This document shows, piece after piece, positions 21,358 through 31,750 of a stretch of DNA of 64,000 nt. Made by a program: the position numbers and the translations under genes. The DNA is from Candidatus Latescibacterota bacterium. GTDB taxonomy: Bacteria; Latescibacterota; UBA2968; GCA-2709665. Below the pieces are notes generated by a model, which saw only the letters and a program-made list of their open reading frames with translations, was not told the origin of the DNA and did no database searches. The stretch spans positions 672,001 through 736,000 of the forward strand of contig CBDDDZ010000004.1 in the NCBI GenBank assembly GCA_965226795.1, written 5' to 3'. The number at the start of each line of letters is the position of its first letter. Position 1 is the stretch's first letter.

Positions 21358-22029
21358 TCAATTGTGCAGCTTGAAGGCGATACGCTGGGTCATCCAGACA
21401 TTCACGGGTTTGTCGTTCTGTATGGCCGGTTTGAATACGAACTGTCTCACTGCATCGACGGCCGACTGCCTGAAGATTTCCTGGCCCTTCAACACTCGAA
21501 CCTTGTCCGTCCGCCCATCTCTGCGCACCATAAACTTGACGAAGACATTTCCCTCCAGGCCCGCCTTGCGCGCAATTTCGGGGTAGGTGGGGTTGACCTG
21601 CTTGATTATCTCCGGTTTTTCCTCCACGCTCCAGAATTCCATCACTTCTTCTTCCATCGGAGCTTCGGTAGCGCCCGGCGGAGGGGGCGGAAGATCTACG
21701 GGCGCCTGATCCAGGTTGAGGTCGGTCGTTTCGATGGTCACGTCGTCGGGTACGTCGTCGCTCTCGGTTTCAACCGGCATGGCGGGCCTTGGCGGAGGGG
21801 GCGGGCGCTGAATCTGGCGCGTCTCCGGAATCTCCTCCATCTGGATGATGATCTGGTCTTTCCTGCCCGCCGAGGCCCGTATATCGAACGTGGGGAAAAG
21901 GATAGCCATAAAGATGTGCAGGGCGCAGGAGATGCCGACCGAAGACCAGAAGACTTTGGGATAACGCCTTCTGAGGTCGTATTCAGGGTGTTTCCCGCGG
22001 ACAATATCCTTCCCTTTGATATAGGCCAT
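21358..22029 (-). CDS. tonB: energy transducer TonB
   Basis: N-terminal TM, Pro-rich linker and C-terminal YP-x-x-A...EG-x-V-x-V-x-F...F-x-PA domain. Confidence 0.9.
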   Translation of the reverse strand: MAYIKGKDIVRGKHPEYDLRRRYPKVFWSSVGISCALHIFMAILFPTFDIRASAGRKDQIIIQMEEIPETRQIQRPPPPPRPAMPVETESDDVPDDVTIETTDLNLDQAPVDLPPPPPGATEAPMEEEVMEFWSVEEKPEIIKQVNPTYPEIARKAGLEGNVFVKFMVRRDGRTDKVRVLKGQEIFRQSAVDAVRQFVFKPAIQNDKPVNVWMTQRIAFKLHN

Positions 22030-22034
22030 ATGCG

Positions 22035-22445
22035 TTACCTCTCTCGATCGGTGGCGAAGTTGACGCGAAGGGCGTCGGCTTTGCGAAGTTCCTCGATCAC
22101 TTCGGATACCAGCCCGTAGGGCGCCCGCGTATCGCACTTCAGGGAAACGATCAGGCGCGGGTTCTGGACCCGGCGTTCGTAAAAGATTGACGCAACCTGT
22201 TTGACCTGGGCGATTTTGTCGTCTATGTAGACCTTCCGGTCTGCTGAAATCCAGATATAGGACACGTGACGGCGTGTCTTGATTTCCTCGATTTTTTCAG
22301 CTCTGGGCAGAACAATGCCCGTGACCCGATAGCGGACGAAAACCGTCGTGACCATGAAAAAGATCAGGAGGAGAAAGGCGATATCCGCCATCGAACCGGT
22401 CGGAATGGACGTATGTACCCCTGATTTTTTTGAAAAATCTGCCAT
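22035..22445 (-). CDS. exbD: biopolymer transport ExbD/TolR
   Basis: SMADIAFLLLIFFMVTT. Confidence 0.9.
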   Translation of the reverse strand: MADFSKKSGVHTSIPTGSMADIAFLLLIFFMVTTVFVRYRVTGIVLPRAEKIEEIKTRRHVSYIWISADRKVYIDDKIAQVKQVASIFYERRVQNPRLIVSLKCDTRAPYGLVSEVIEELRKADALRVNFATDRER

Positions 22446-22473
22446 GCTGAGGGTCTCCTGTTGCCGAACGGGC

Positions 22474-22890
22474 TTACTTTTCGGGGGATGCTAGAGAGAT
22501 CCGTGTTGCGCCCGCAAGCTTGATCTCATCCAGAACGTTTATGAATGCGTTATAGGCCGTCTCCTGGTCCGCCTTGAGAGAAACGATCAGCTTATCGTTT
22601 TCGCTCAGACGCCGCTCGATGTCGGTGCGGAGTTGCTCTAGAGCAATTTCCTGTTCCAGGTTGATAAGAATATCACCGGAGGCATTTACCCAAATGTTGC
22701 AGATATTCTTCTTCTGGATCTTTTTGTTTTCTCCGGCGGGCGGAAGCTGCATACCAATGCCCTTGTCCTGGTTCATTGTGGTGGTCACCAGGAAAAAGAC
22801 AATGAGCAGAAAGGCGATATCCGCCATGGACGAAGTCGGGATTTCGGGGTTGGATTTGTTCCGCCTTGACAACGCTGGCTTGTTAGCCAT
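22474..22890 (-). CDS. exbD: biopolymer transport ExbD/TolR
   Basis: SMADIAFLLIVFFLVTT. Confidence 0.9.
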   Translation of the reverse strand: MANKPALSRRNKSNPEIPTSSMADIAFLLIVFFLVTTTMNQDKGIGMQLPPAGENKKIQKKNICNIWVNASGDILINLEQEIALEQLRTDIERRLSENDKLIVSLKADQETAYNAFINVLDEIKLAGATRISLASPEK

Positions 22891-22893
22891 GGC

Positions 22894-23520
22894 TTATTCT
22901 CCCGCAGGCGTATCGTAGCCGGCCTGGATCAGTTCATCTACGAATTGAGAGGAACTTTCCTGCATATCGATGATGATTTTATCGATTTTGGAAACGAAAA
23001 GGTTGTGAAATGCCTGAATTGGAATGGCGATCACCAGGCCGGAGGCCGTGGTAATAAGCGCCTCGGAAATACCCGAAGCCACAATACTGGGCTCTACGTC
23101 GCCGGCTTTTGCAATGGCGTCGAAGGCGCCGATCATACCGCTCACGGTCCCGAGGAATCCGAGCAGCGGGGCGATATTGGCCACGGTGGATAGCCAAACC
23201 ATGCCTTTTTCAAGGAAAGCCATTTCGATGGCGCCGGATTCTTCGATGGCCTTTTCTACGTGTTCAATCCCTCGATCGAGACGGAGAAGGCCGGCATGGA
23301 GAACCGAGGCGACCGGGCCGCGGTGGCTTGCGCAGACTTCGGCGACGCCTTCCGGCCCTCGCTGCTTCAGCGCCTCTTGAACCGCAGCGAAAAACTCCCT
23401 GGTGTCAATTGAAGACCGCCACAGCGACCAGAAACGTTCTATACTAACCGCAATACCGAAAAGCAACATCAGCAGGAGCGGGTGCATAAAGGGCCCGCCG
23501 TTAACATAGAGTTCAACCAT
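22894..23520 (-). CDS. exbB: MotA/TolQ/ExbB proton channel
   Basis: APLLGFLGTV-x-GMI-x-AF...GISEALITTA-x-GL-x-x-AIP. Confidence 0.92.
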   Translation of the reverse strand: MVELYVNGGPFMHPLLLMLLFGIAVSIERFWSLWRSSIDTREFFAAVQEALKQRGPEGVAEVCASHRGPVASVLHAGLLRLDRGIEHVEKAIEESGAIEMAFLEKGMVWLSTVANIAPLLGFLGTVSGMIGAFDAIAKAGDVEPSIVASGISEALITTASGLVIAIPIQAFHNLFVSKIDKIIIDMQESSSQFVDELIQAGYDTPAGE

Positions 23521-23706
23521 GCTTCAATCCCCCAGATAACGTTGTGAATGTTCGCTGCGATGGAATAACGCGTGCAAGAAGCGCAGGCAGCCGACAATCG
23601 TCCACGGTTCAATTATGGACCCGGACGATCCGCGAGCCTCGGGATTCGGAATTGTGTCGCGACGGAAGAACGGAGTGTTCGTCGCATTTCCAGAGACCAG
23701 CATGCC

Positions 23707-24909
23707 CTATTTTTTGCCTTCGATATCTACCTCCTCCTCTTTCTTCTTTTTGAAAAATTCCAGTCTCTTTTTTTCTTCGTCGGACATGGGAGGGTCGATT
23801 TCATCGATCATCCGCCTGGCGTTTCCGGCCCAAAGAGGATCCTTGCGGGCTTTCTTGAACCAATTCAGCGCGTCGATGGAATCGCGCGCGGCATTGGATT
23901 TCTTCCACTTCCTGTAATGGAACTCTCCCCTCATGTAATTGAATTTCCCGTTTCCCGGATCCAATCTGAGCCCTCTGTCGACCAGGTTAATATCACCGGT
24001 TAAATCGGCCAACTGTTCGACGACGCTCAGGTTATTGGACTGAAGTCTCATCATTTTTCTCAAAAGGCCAATCTGAAACCGCCTGGGCTTGTTGAGCTGC
24101 TTTCCCAGCACAAGCAACTGGTCCACATAAAGGAAATCTTCCGGGTTGTGGGCGTGGAGTTTCTCATACGCGTTGAATGCCTTCTGGTCCATTCCGAACC
24201 GCCGGTACATTCTGGCGAGATTGTCCAGCGTGCCGTAATCTTCGGGGTTTATTTCCAGAAGCCGCTCCGTCTCTCTCAGGGCTTCCTCTTCGTCGCCCAT
24301 ATGCAGGGTGAGCTTGGCAATCGCATCCTGGACTTCGGGATTGTCCGGCTCCAATTCGCTCCAGCTGCGCGTATGCTTCAGCGCCGATTCATAATCTTTT
24401 ATTTCGATGTAGAGCGTGACCAAATGATGCAGATACTGAATCTGCTGTTCCGGTTTCTTGGAAATGCTGAGAAGCTTTTCGTAAACCTCGATGGCTTTTT
24501 CCGGCATGGCTTCCATTGTGTAGAGCTGGCCGAGATAGTATAGAGCGTTTCGCGCGTTGGGACCTGCGGGATTCATTTCGATTGCTTTAGTGAACCAGGC
24601 AATGGCGTCCCGGGGTTTTTCCGTCTCATTGTATAACTTACCCAGATAGTAGGCGGTTTGGGCATTCCGGGAATTGAAGTCCCACGACTTGTTCAATTGC
24701 ACAAGGGCGTCTTCGTATTGTTTGTTATCCAGATACTTTTTGCCAAAGTAGACGTGTTTCTTTGACATTGCCACCGAATCCACGGGCACCTCCCGTGGCT
24801 TGTGCTCGTCCTTTTTCGACTTGCTTCCGGCCTTGTCGGGCGACAACAGACCCAGGATCAGGAAGCCGCAGAGAAAAATGATGACGCCATCCGAAAGCCT
24901 GGACTTCAT
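23707..24909 (-). CDS. exported TPR-repeat protein
   Basis: N-terminal hydrophobic segment followed by TPR repeats. Confidence 0.8.
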   Translation of the reverse strand: MKSRLSDGVIIFLCGFLILGLLSPDKAGSKSKKDEHKPREVPVDSVAMSKKHVYFGKKYLDNKQYEDALVQLNKSWDFNSRNAQTAYYLGKLYNETEKPRDAIAWFTKAIEMNPAGPNARNALYYLGQLYTMEAMPEKAIEVYEKLLSISKKPEQQIQYLHHLVTLYIEIKDYESALKHTRSWSELEPDNPEVQDAIAKLTLHMGDEEEALRETERLLEINPEDYGTLDNLARMYRRFGMDQKAFNAYEKLHAHNPEDFLYVDQLLVLGKQLNKPRRFQIGLLRKMMRLQSNNLSVVEQLADLTGDINLVDRGLRLDPGNGKFNYMRGEFHYRKWKKSNAARDSIDALNWFKKARKDPLWAGNARRMIDEIDPPMSDEEKKRLEFFKKKKEEEVDIEGKK

Positions 24910-25010
24910 GACAACCACTCCTCGACGAGACAACCCCGCCATACTGCCGATTCCACGTAAATCGCTGGTATCAAGACGCATAGATGTTGTGTAACCCTTA
25001 GAAACATAGA

Positions 25011-25039
25011 AATTTAACGAATAGGAAATTGGATGTCAA
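25011..25039 (-). promoter_or_regulatory. putative sigma70 promoter of the TPR-exbBD-tonB operon
   Basis: TTGACA-17 nt-TAAATT. Confidence 0.55.
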
Positions 25040-25157
25040 GGCAAAATCCATACCTGTCCTCAAGGAATTGAAGACGCGACGAGGCGGGAAGATTGACCCG
25101 GAGCGACACGACGGATGAACCGAAAGCTTCTTCCAACCAATCCGCACCAAATGCCTG

Positions 25158-25186
25158 TTGACACAACCTGGCAAATCCGGTAATTT
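25158..25186 (+). promoter_or_regulatory. putative sigma70 promoter upstream of the guaB leader
   Basis: TTGACA-17 nt-TAATTT. Confidence 0.55.
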
Positions 25187-25352
25187 GGGACACTATTTTT
25201 AGGACGGCTGTACGATCATAGCAGGCGCACCCGGGAGTTTCAAATGTGCAAAAGAATCTGGGCACCCGACCTTGCCGTTAAGGACAGGTCTTCTCCGCCC
25301 GTGCTCACCTGCGCGCGGAGGAGGTGTCCGGCCTTGTAACGGGCAACTATGC

Positions 25353-25387
25353 AAACCCCTTGACCCGTGTGTCAAGGGGTTTCTTGT
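25353..25387 (+). terminator. terminator-like hairpin within the guaB 5' leader
   Basis: perfect 12-bp stem aaaccccttgac/gtcaaggggttt ending in tttcttg. Confidence 0.55.
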
Positions 25388-25449
25388 ATCCGGATAGGCC
25401 GTGGTGGCTGAGTGTGAATGCGCCGCAATACTAAACGAGGGAGACACTT

Positions 25450-26922
25450 ATGGACAGATCCACGGAAAAAATCGCCAAAGAGGGACTGACTTATGACGAT
25501 GTGTTGTTGATTCCTGGAAAATCCGAAGTATTGCCCAACCAGGTGGATCTGACCACGCAACTCACCCGCAGAATCAGGCTGAATATCCCTCTGGTGAGTG
25601 CCGCCATGGATACGGTTACCGAAGCCCGGCTGGCCATCGCGCTTGCCCAGGAGGGCGGTATCGGAATTGTCCACAGGAATCTGTCCATCGAAGAGCAGGC
25701 CGAAGAAGTGGCCAAGGTGAAGCGGTCGGAAAGCGGGATGATCGTCGATCCGTTGACGCTTTCACCGGACAACTATATTCGAGAAGCGCTTGAGATGATG
25801 TCCAAGTATCGAATTTCCGGTGTGCCGATCGTAGATGGCGTTAAAAGGCTGGTGGGCATCCTGACCAACCGGGACCTCAGGTTCGAGAAAAACGTCCATC
25901 GGAAGGTGTCCGAGGTGATGACACACAAGGGGCTGGTGACGGCCCGGTTGGGGATCTCTCTGGAGGACGCGCAGGAAATCCTGCAGGAACATCGAATCGA
26001 GAAGCTGCCCGTCGTCGATGATAACGGTGTGTTAAAGGGCTTGATCACTGTAAAGGATATAGAGAAAAAAATCCAGTATCCGCACGCGTGCAAAGACAAA
26101 CTCGGAAGGCTTCGCGTCGGTGCCGCGGTGGGGGTGGGGAACGATCTGGAAGCCCGTATCGGAACGCTGGTCGACAGGGATGTGGACGTGATTGTGGTGG
26201 ATACTGCGCACGGACATTCCAGGGGTGTGCTCGAAGCCGTCGAACGCATCAAGAATGCCGTTCCGGGAACCGAAGTGATTGCCGGAAACATCGTAACGGC
26301 CGAAGCGGCACAGGACTTGATTCTGGCTGGAACGGATGCCGTCAAGGTGGGTATGGGGCCTTCGGCAAGTTGCACCACCCGGGTGATCGCCGGAGCCGGC
26401 GTGCCCCAGATATCCGCGATTATGGACTGCGCCGAGGTTGCGGAGAAGGCTGGCATCCCGGTGATCGCGGACGGCGGAATTACCCAGTCGGGAGATATCA
26501 CCAAAGCCGTCGCGGCCGGCGCCAATTCCGTGATGATAGGATTCCTGTTCGCGGGGACGGACGAGAGTCCCGGAGAGACGGTGATTTACCAGGGACGGAC
26601 GTTCAAGGTCTATCGGGGTATGGGTTCGCTCGGGGCAATGCAGCGTGGAAGCAAGGACAGATATTTCCAGGGAGATGTCGAAACCAACAAGCTGGTGCCC
26701 GAGGGAATTGAAGGGCAGGTCCCGTACAAAGGGTCAATTTCAGGATTCATCTATCAACTCACTGGCGGGTTACGAGCAGGCATGGGCTATTGCGGAACGA
26801 GAACCATTGCGGACCTCCGGAGGAACGGCCGATTCGTGAAAGTATCGCCGGCCGGAGTTCGGGAAAGCCACGCACACGACGTGTCGGTTACGAAAGAGGC
26901 GCCAAACTACCGGCTTGAGTAG
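25450..26922 (+). CDS. guaB: IMP dehydrogenase
   Basis: [12 protein letters not shown] pair, [11 protein letters not shown] active-site loop, YRGMGS and VPEGIEG. Confidence 0.98.
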   Translation: MDRSTEKIAKEGLTYDDVLLIPGKSEVLPNQVDLTTQLTRRIRLNIPLVSAAMDTVTEARLAIALAQEGGIGIVHRNLSIEEQAEEVAKVKRSESGMIVDPLTLSPDNYIREALEMMSKYRISGVPIVDGVKRLVGILTNRDLRFEKNVHRKVSEVMTHKGLVTARLGISLEDAQEILQEHRIEKLPVVDDNGVLKGLITVKDIEKKIQYPHACKDKLGRLRVGAAVGVGNDLEARIGTLVDRDVDVIVVDTAHGHSRGVLEAVERIKNAVPGTEVIAGNIVTAEAAQDLILAGTDAVKVGMGPSASCTTRVIAGAGVPQISAIMDCAEVAEKAGIPVIADGGITQSGDITKAVAAGANSVMIGFLFAGTDESPGETVIYQGRTFKVYRGMGSLGAMQRGSKDRYFQGDVETNKLVPEGIEGQVPYKGSISGFIYQLTGGLRAGMGYCGTRTIADLRRNGRFVKVSPAGVRESHAHDVSVTKEAPNYRLE

Positions 26923-27007
26923 AACGCGGGCGGCGGGACGGCACACGGCAGATGGTACGTTACATCTGCCGTTTCACATGGATATCCGAGGGGCCCGGGA
27001 GGCGAGC

Positions 27008-28135
27008 GTGCAGATCGATATCGAGGAAATTCGGACCGAGTTCCCGGTTGCGCGGAATTGGATTTATATGAATCACGCCGGTATAGCACCCATCTCACAG
27101 TGCGTCTACAGGGCAATGGACGGCATGCTGCGGGACCTGACCCGCAACGGCATGGCAAACCTGCCCGAATGGGACGAGGTATGTTTGCAGACGCGGGAAT
27201 CGGCCGCCCGTCTGATTGGCGCAAACGCGGCGGAAATTGCCTTTGTCAAGAATACGACCGAAGGTATCTTGATGGTCGCCAACGGATTGACTTGGCGGGA
27301 GGGCGACAACGTCGTGATCCCAGATCGGGGATTTCCAGCCAATGTCTACCCGTGGTTGAACCTGCGTTCGGAAGGCGTCGAGGTCCGGCGCGTTCCCGAG
27401 GTTGACGGCCGTATTCCGCTGCAGGGCTTATTGAATGCCGTCGACGAACGGACGCGGGTGCTATCCGTGAGTTCGGTGGAGTTCGCAAGCGGATTCCGGC
27501 ACAACCTACGGGAAATCGGCAGATTCTGCAGAACGCGGGGCGTTCTTTTTTTTGTAGATGTTATTCAGAGCCTCGGGGTGCTGACCCTGGACGTGGCGGA
27601 AGCCGAAATCGATTTTGTTTCGGCCGACGCTCACAAATGGCTCCTGGGTCCGGAGGGAATCGGCGTCTTCTATTGCTCACGCCGCGCCCGGCCACACCTC
27701 CGTGTGGTGAACCTGGGTTGGGCGAACGTTGTGGAACCGAGGGATTTTCTTTCCTACGATACCACGCTGTTGTCCAATGCGCAGCGGTTTGAATGCGGTA
27801 CATTGAATACCGTTGGCATCCATGGGTTGAAGGCCGGTCTCGAACTCCTTCATCGCGTCGGCATCGAACGGATCGAAGCCAGGGTTTTGTCATTGACCGA
27901 TCAACTCTGCGCCGGGCTCCAGGAAAAAGGCTATCGGGTGGTCAGCTCGAGAGCCAGCGGCGAAAAGTCGGGCATTGTCGTCTTCCACCATTCCCGGATC
28001 GACACGGAAGCCATTTATCGGAAGCTGTGTGAGGCGCGCGTTGTGTGCGCGATACGGGGGGGACGTATCCGACTGTCGCCGCATTTCTACAATACCGAAG
28101 AGGAAGTCGATCGTGTGCTGGAAATCATTCCGTAG
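27008..28135 (+). CDS. class V PLP aminotransferase (cysteine desulfurase/CefD-like)
   Basis: Y-x-NHAG, NTTEG, VD-x-x-QS-x-G, HKWLLGP-x-G, RFE-x-GT and R-x-SPHFYN; start inferred. Confidence 0.88.
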   Translation: MQIDIEEIRTEFPVARNWIYMNHAGIAPISQCVYRAMDGMLRDLTRNGMANLPEWDEVCLQTRESAARLIGANAAEIAFVKNTTEGILMVANGLTWREGDNVVIPDRGFPANVYPWLNLRSEGVEVRRVPEVDGRIPLQGLLNAVDERTRVLSVSSVEFASGFRHNLREIGRFCRTRGVLFFVDVIQSLGVLTLDVAEAEIDFVSADAHKWLLGPEGIGVFYCSRRARPHLRVVNLGWANVVEPRDFLSYDTTLLSNAQRFECGTLNTVGIHGLKAGLELLHRVGIERIEARVLSLTDQLCAGLQEKGYRVVSSRASGEKSGIVVFHHSRIDTEAIYRKLCEARVVCAIRGGRIRLSPHFYNTEEEVDRVLEIIP

Positions 28136-28180
28136 AATTTTTCGCCGCGTGGAAGGCGGCGAAACCCACTCACGGTGCAA

Positions 28181-28600
28181 ATGATGACGGAGAATGTCGC
28201 CGGCGGGATCGAGGATCTACTGGCCTCACTTGAAAATGCCGTAATCGAGCGCGATTCCGAAGCATTGGAAGAGGTCCTTGCGGAGGGTGTCTGCGCGTTT
28301 TTTTCGGGAGGAGACGCACCGGTACGCGGCAGGAAGACGGTGCTGGCGACATGGATACGACACTTCGAGCGCTGGTCTGACGTGCGAATCGTGCGAAGGA
28401 CTACCGGGGTGGAAACTCGCGGAAATGTGGCCTGGGTGCACTTTCTGTGGGACGGCGAAGGCAGGATGGGGGCGCAACGTTACAGGTTGGAAGGCGAGCG
28501 GTGGACCGCGGTTCTGCAATTCGAAAACGGACGCTGGCGGTTCGTACAGATGCATTCGTCCATGCCATACCGGGATTGGGAAGCGCACCGCACGGCGTGA
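28181..28600 (+). CDS. SnoaL/NTF2-like (DUF4440) protein
   Basis: C-terminal R-x-T-x-V...G-x-WRFVQMH-x-S. Confidence 0.75.
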   Translation: MMTENVAGGIEDLLASLENAVIERDSEALEEVLAEGVCAFFSGGDAPVRGRKTVLATWIRHFERWSDVRIVRRTTGVETRGNVAWVHFLWDGEGRMGAQRYRLEGERWTAVLQFENGRWRFVQMHSSMPYRDWEAHRTA

Positions 28601-28765
28601 TGTTCCGTAGATAACGTCCGGAGGCGGCATACCGGATTCAGGGCGTTGGGAATCCATGTATCCTTTCAGAGCGGGAGGATGCATTTACGCCTCACGATGC
28701 GGATTCCGTACTCCTGGACAACAGGGAAAAACGTCGGAGAAGACGGATTTCGAAAGAGGATCGTG

Positions 28766-29878
28766 ATGGTGGAATTGCCCGAGACGATTCTGCAATTTGG
28801 CGGCGGCGGTTTTCTCCGGGCGTTCGCCGATGTGTTCGTACACGAGGCGAATGCCGGCGGTGAAGCCGTGGGGCGCGTCGTGGTTGTGCAGTCCACCGAA
28901 GGCAATCGCGCGGCTTTGCTGAACGCGCAGAGCGGGCGGTATCACGTGGTCTTCAGGGGGTTGTCGGAAGGGGAAAAAATCGACAGAACACTCGCGGTTC
29001 GAAGTATCAGCCGGGCGGTGCTCGCGAAATCCGAGTGGGCGAAGGTGATGGAGGTCGCCCGGTCGCCGGCGTTACACATGGTCATTTCCAATGCGACCGA
29101 AGCGGGGTACTCGCTCGTTGACAAAGATAATCCCGAAACGCCCCGATCATTCCCCGCCCGACTGCTTTGTGTTCTTCACGCCCGCTACGAAGCCGGCCTG
29201 CCGGGTCTTTCGGTGTTGCCCTGTGAGCTTGTAGAGCCGAATGGCGAGTTGCTTCGGGAACTGGTGCTTGCCCAGGCCGAGGCCTGGCGTCTGGATTCGG
29301 GGTTTCTGGACTGGATCCGCCGGGACGTGCGATGGGTGAACACGCTGGTGGACCGAATCGTAAGCGGCAGGCCGCATGCGCATCCGCTTCTGGCGTCGGA
29401 CGGTTTGCTGACGGTAGCGGAGCCGTTCGCCCTTTGGGTGGTCGAGGCGGGAGCGGGGGATCTTTTCGCGCATCCGTGTGTCCGGTTCGTTGACGACGTT
29501 CGACCGTATGCATTGCGGAAGGTGCGCATCCTGAACGGGGCGCATACGGCACTGGTGTGCAGGGCGCTTCCGTCGGGATTGAAGACGGTTCGGGAGGCGG
29601 TCGAGGATCCGGTGGTCGGGCCGTGGCTGAGGCGCCTGGTTTTCGATGAAATCGTGCCGACGCTTCAAGATGTCGTGGAAGGCGCCGGTCGGTTTGCCGA
29701 ACAGGTTCTGGAGCGATTCGCCAATCCCTTCCTGGATCACCGGCTCGAGGATATCGCGCTGCATCACGAAGAGAAAATAAAAGTCCGTCTGATGCCCACC
29801 TATGAGGCGTTTCTGAAGGCATTTGGCCAGCCACCGGACTTGCTGGGGAACATACTCGCTCGGGAAGCCGGGCGATGA
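28766..29878 (+). CDS. uxaB: altronate (tagaturonate) oxidoreductase, mannitol dehydrogenase family
   Basis: LQFG-x-G-x-FLRAF, SN-x-TEAG, PCEL, NTLVDRIV, K-x-RILNGAH and ERF-x-NPF. Confidence 0.85.
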   Translation: MVELPETILQFGGGGFLRAFADVFVHEANAGGEAVGRVVVVQSTEGNRAALLNAQSGRYHVVFRGLSEGEKIDRTLAVRSISRAVLAKSEWAKVMEVARSPALHMVISNATEAGYSLVDKDNPETPRSFPARLLCVLHARYEAGLPGLSVLPCELVEPNGELLRELVLAQAEAWRLDSGFLDWIRRDVRWVNTLVDRIVSGRPHAHPLLASDGLLTVAEPFALWVVEAGAGDLFAHPCVRFVDDVRPYALRKVRILNGAHTALVCRALPSGLKTVREAVEDPVVGPWLRRLVFDEIVPTLQDVVEGAGRFAEQVLERFANPFLDHRLEDIALHHEEKIKVRLMPTYEAFLKAFGQPPDLLGNILAREAGR

Positions 29879-30525
29879 CGTCTTCCGAAAATCGCCGATA
29901 TGCGATTCCGGCGGGAGTTTGCCGGAACGAAGAAGAGATTGAACGCAGCCGGTTCATCGCAACTTTAACACACGCGCAGACGGTGGATGCGGCAAGATCG
30001 GTCGTGGAGCGGATGCGCGCGGAGTTCCCGGACGCGAGCCACAATTGCTGGGCTTATCTGATCGGACCGCCGGGCACGACGGGTACGGTGGGAATGAGCG
30101 ACGACGGGGAACCCCGGGGCACGGCGGGACGGCCCATGTTGACGACGTTACAGCATAGCGGCGTGGGCGACGCCGCGGTGGTGGTGACGCGTTTTTTTGG
30201 CGGCAGGAAGCTGGGCAGGGGTGGGCTGGTTCGCGCGTATTCGGGCTCGGTGAAAGCCGTGCTGGAAAAACTCAAACTTGCTGAAAGGGTGGTTTGCCGG
30301 ACGCTGCAGGTCAATATCGATTATGCAGCGGTAACGGCTTTCAAGCGTTTGCTCGCGCGTTACGAGGCAGACGTGGAAGCCGAGACCTTCGCAGGGAAGG
30401 TGGAATATACCCTCCGATTGCCCGCCGAATACGAGAAAGCTTTCAGGGCTGAACTCTTCAATCTGACCCGCGGGGAGGCGATTATCGAGACAATGGCTCA
30501 GGTCAGGGGAGGTGTTGATGGATAA
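29875..30525 (+). CDS. yigZ: YigZ/IMPACT family protein
   Basis: SRFIA, ASHNCWAY, SDDGEP-x-GTAG-x-P and GGLVRAYS. Confidence 0.92.
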   Translation: MTSSENRRYAIPAGVCRNEEEIERSRFIATLTHAQTVDAARSVVERMRAEFPDASHNCWAYLIGPPGTTGTVGMSDDGEPRGTAGRPMLTTLQHSGVGDAAVVVTRFFGGRKLGRGGLVRAYSGSVKAVLEKLKLAERVVCRTLQVNIDYAAVTAFKRLLARYEADVEAETFAGKVEYTLRLPAEYEKAFRAELFNLTRGEAIIETMAQVRGGVDG

Positions 30526-31747
30526 AGCAGCACTTTTGGGCGGAACCCCGGTCCGGTCCGAACCGTTTCCGTCCTGGCCGCAATCGGACGGGCGCGACCT
30601 GGATTATTTGCGCGAAGTACTGGATACCAGCCTCTGGGGAGGTACAATTCACGGCCCGAGGGTGTCGGCGTTCTGCGATGCATTCGCCCGGTATTCGGAT
30701 GCGCGGCACGGCGTGGGGATGGGCAGCTGTACGGCCGGGCTGGAGTTGTCCCTCCGGGCATTTGGCGTCGGACCGGGAGACGAAGTGATCGTCCCCGCCT
30801 ACACGTTCATTGCAACGGCGCTGGCGCCGCTTACGATCGGCGCGGATGTTGTTTTCGTGGACATCGACCCCCGGACGTTCTGCGTAACGCCGGAGACGAT
30901 AGAAAGGGCGATATCCTCGCGCACGAAAGCGGTGATTCCCGTTCATTTTGCCGGGCACGCGGCGGACGTGGAAGGAATTCGGGCATTGGGGGACGAGCAC
31001 GGGCTGAAAGTCGTATGGGACGCGGCCCATGCACACACATCCGGGTGGCGGGGCAGGACGCTGGGCGGTCTGGGCGACGTGGCGGTCTACAGTTTCAACC
31101 ACGCAAAGAATCTGACGTGCGGCGAGGGTGGGATCGTGACCACGAACGACGAAGCGCTCGCGGATTTTCTGAAGTTTACACTTTCTACGTTCGGAAGGAA
31201 AAAGGGCCGGCCCTGGTACGAACATCACCATCTGGGCTTTTCGGATCCGTTGACGGAGTTTCAGGGCGCGATTCTGCAGGCGCAATTCGAGCGGTTGGAG
31301 GAGCAGAGCCTTAGGCGCGAGGAGAATGCCAGGTTGCTGATTCGCGGGCTGACGGAGGTTGAAGGGATCGAACCGCCGTACGTCGCTCCGGACGTCACAC
31401 GCCATGGCTGGCACGTCTTTGTCATGACCTATAACGCAGACGCGTTCAAGGGGCTTCCCAAGGAGACGTTTCACAGGGCGCTCGAAGCGGAGGGAATCCC
31501 GAACGGCGGGTATACCTATCCACTGTATGACAATCCCATGTTCAACAAAGGAACCGGCGAGGTTGCCGGAGCGCAGGGCAGGTGTCGCGTGATGCCGTGT
31601 CCGGTGAGCGAATGGGCATGCGGGGACGGCGTATTCAATATAGCGCAATCAGTGCTGCTGGATGACGCCGACGGCATGAACGATATTGTCACCGCCATGG
31701 AGAAGGTGAAAGCGAATGCCGACGCGCTTCTGGAGTGGAAGGAGTAA
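30518..31747 (+). CDS. DegT/DnrJ/EryC1/StrS sugar or cyclitol aminotransferase
   Basis: GDEVIVP-x-x-TF-x-AT, D-x-AH and SF-x-x-x-KN-x-T-x-GEGG. Confidence 0.92.
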   Translation: MDKAALLGGTPVRSEPFPSWPQSDGRDLDYLREVLDTSLWGGTIHGPRVSAFCDAFARYSDARHGVGMGSCTAGLELSLRAFGVGPGDEVIVPAYTFIATALAPLTIGADVVFVDIDPRTFCVTPETIERAISSRTKAVIPVHFAGHAADVEGIRALGDEHGLKVVWDAAHAHTSGWRGRTLGGLGDVAVYSFNHAKNLTCGEGGIVTTNDEALADFLKFTLSTFGRKKGRPWYEHHHLGFSDPLTEFQGAILQAQFERLEEQSLRREENARLLIRGLTEVEGIEPPYVAPDVTRHGWHVFVMTYNADAFKGLPKETFHRALEAEGIPNGGYTYPLYDNPMFNKGTGEVAGAQGRCRVMPCPVSEWACGDGVFNIAQSVLLDDADGMNDIVTAMEKVKANADALLEWKE

Positions 31748-31750
31748 GGA

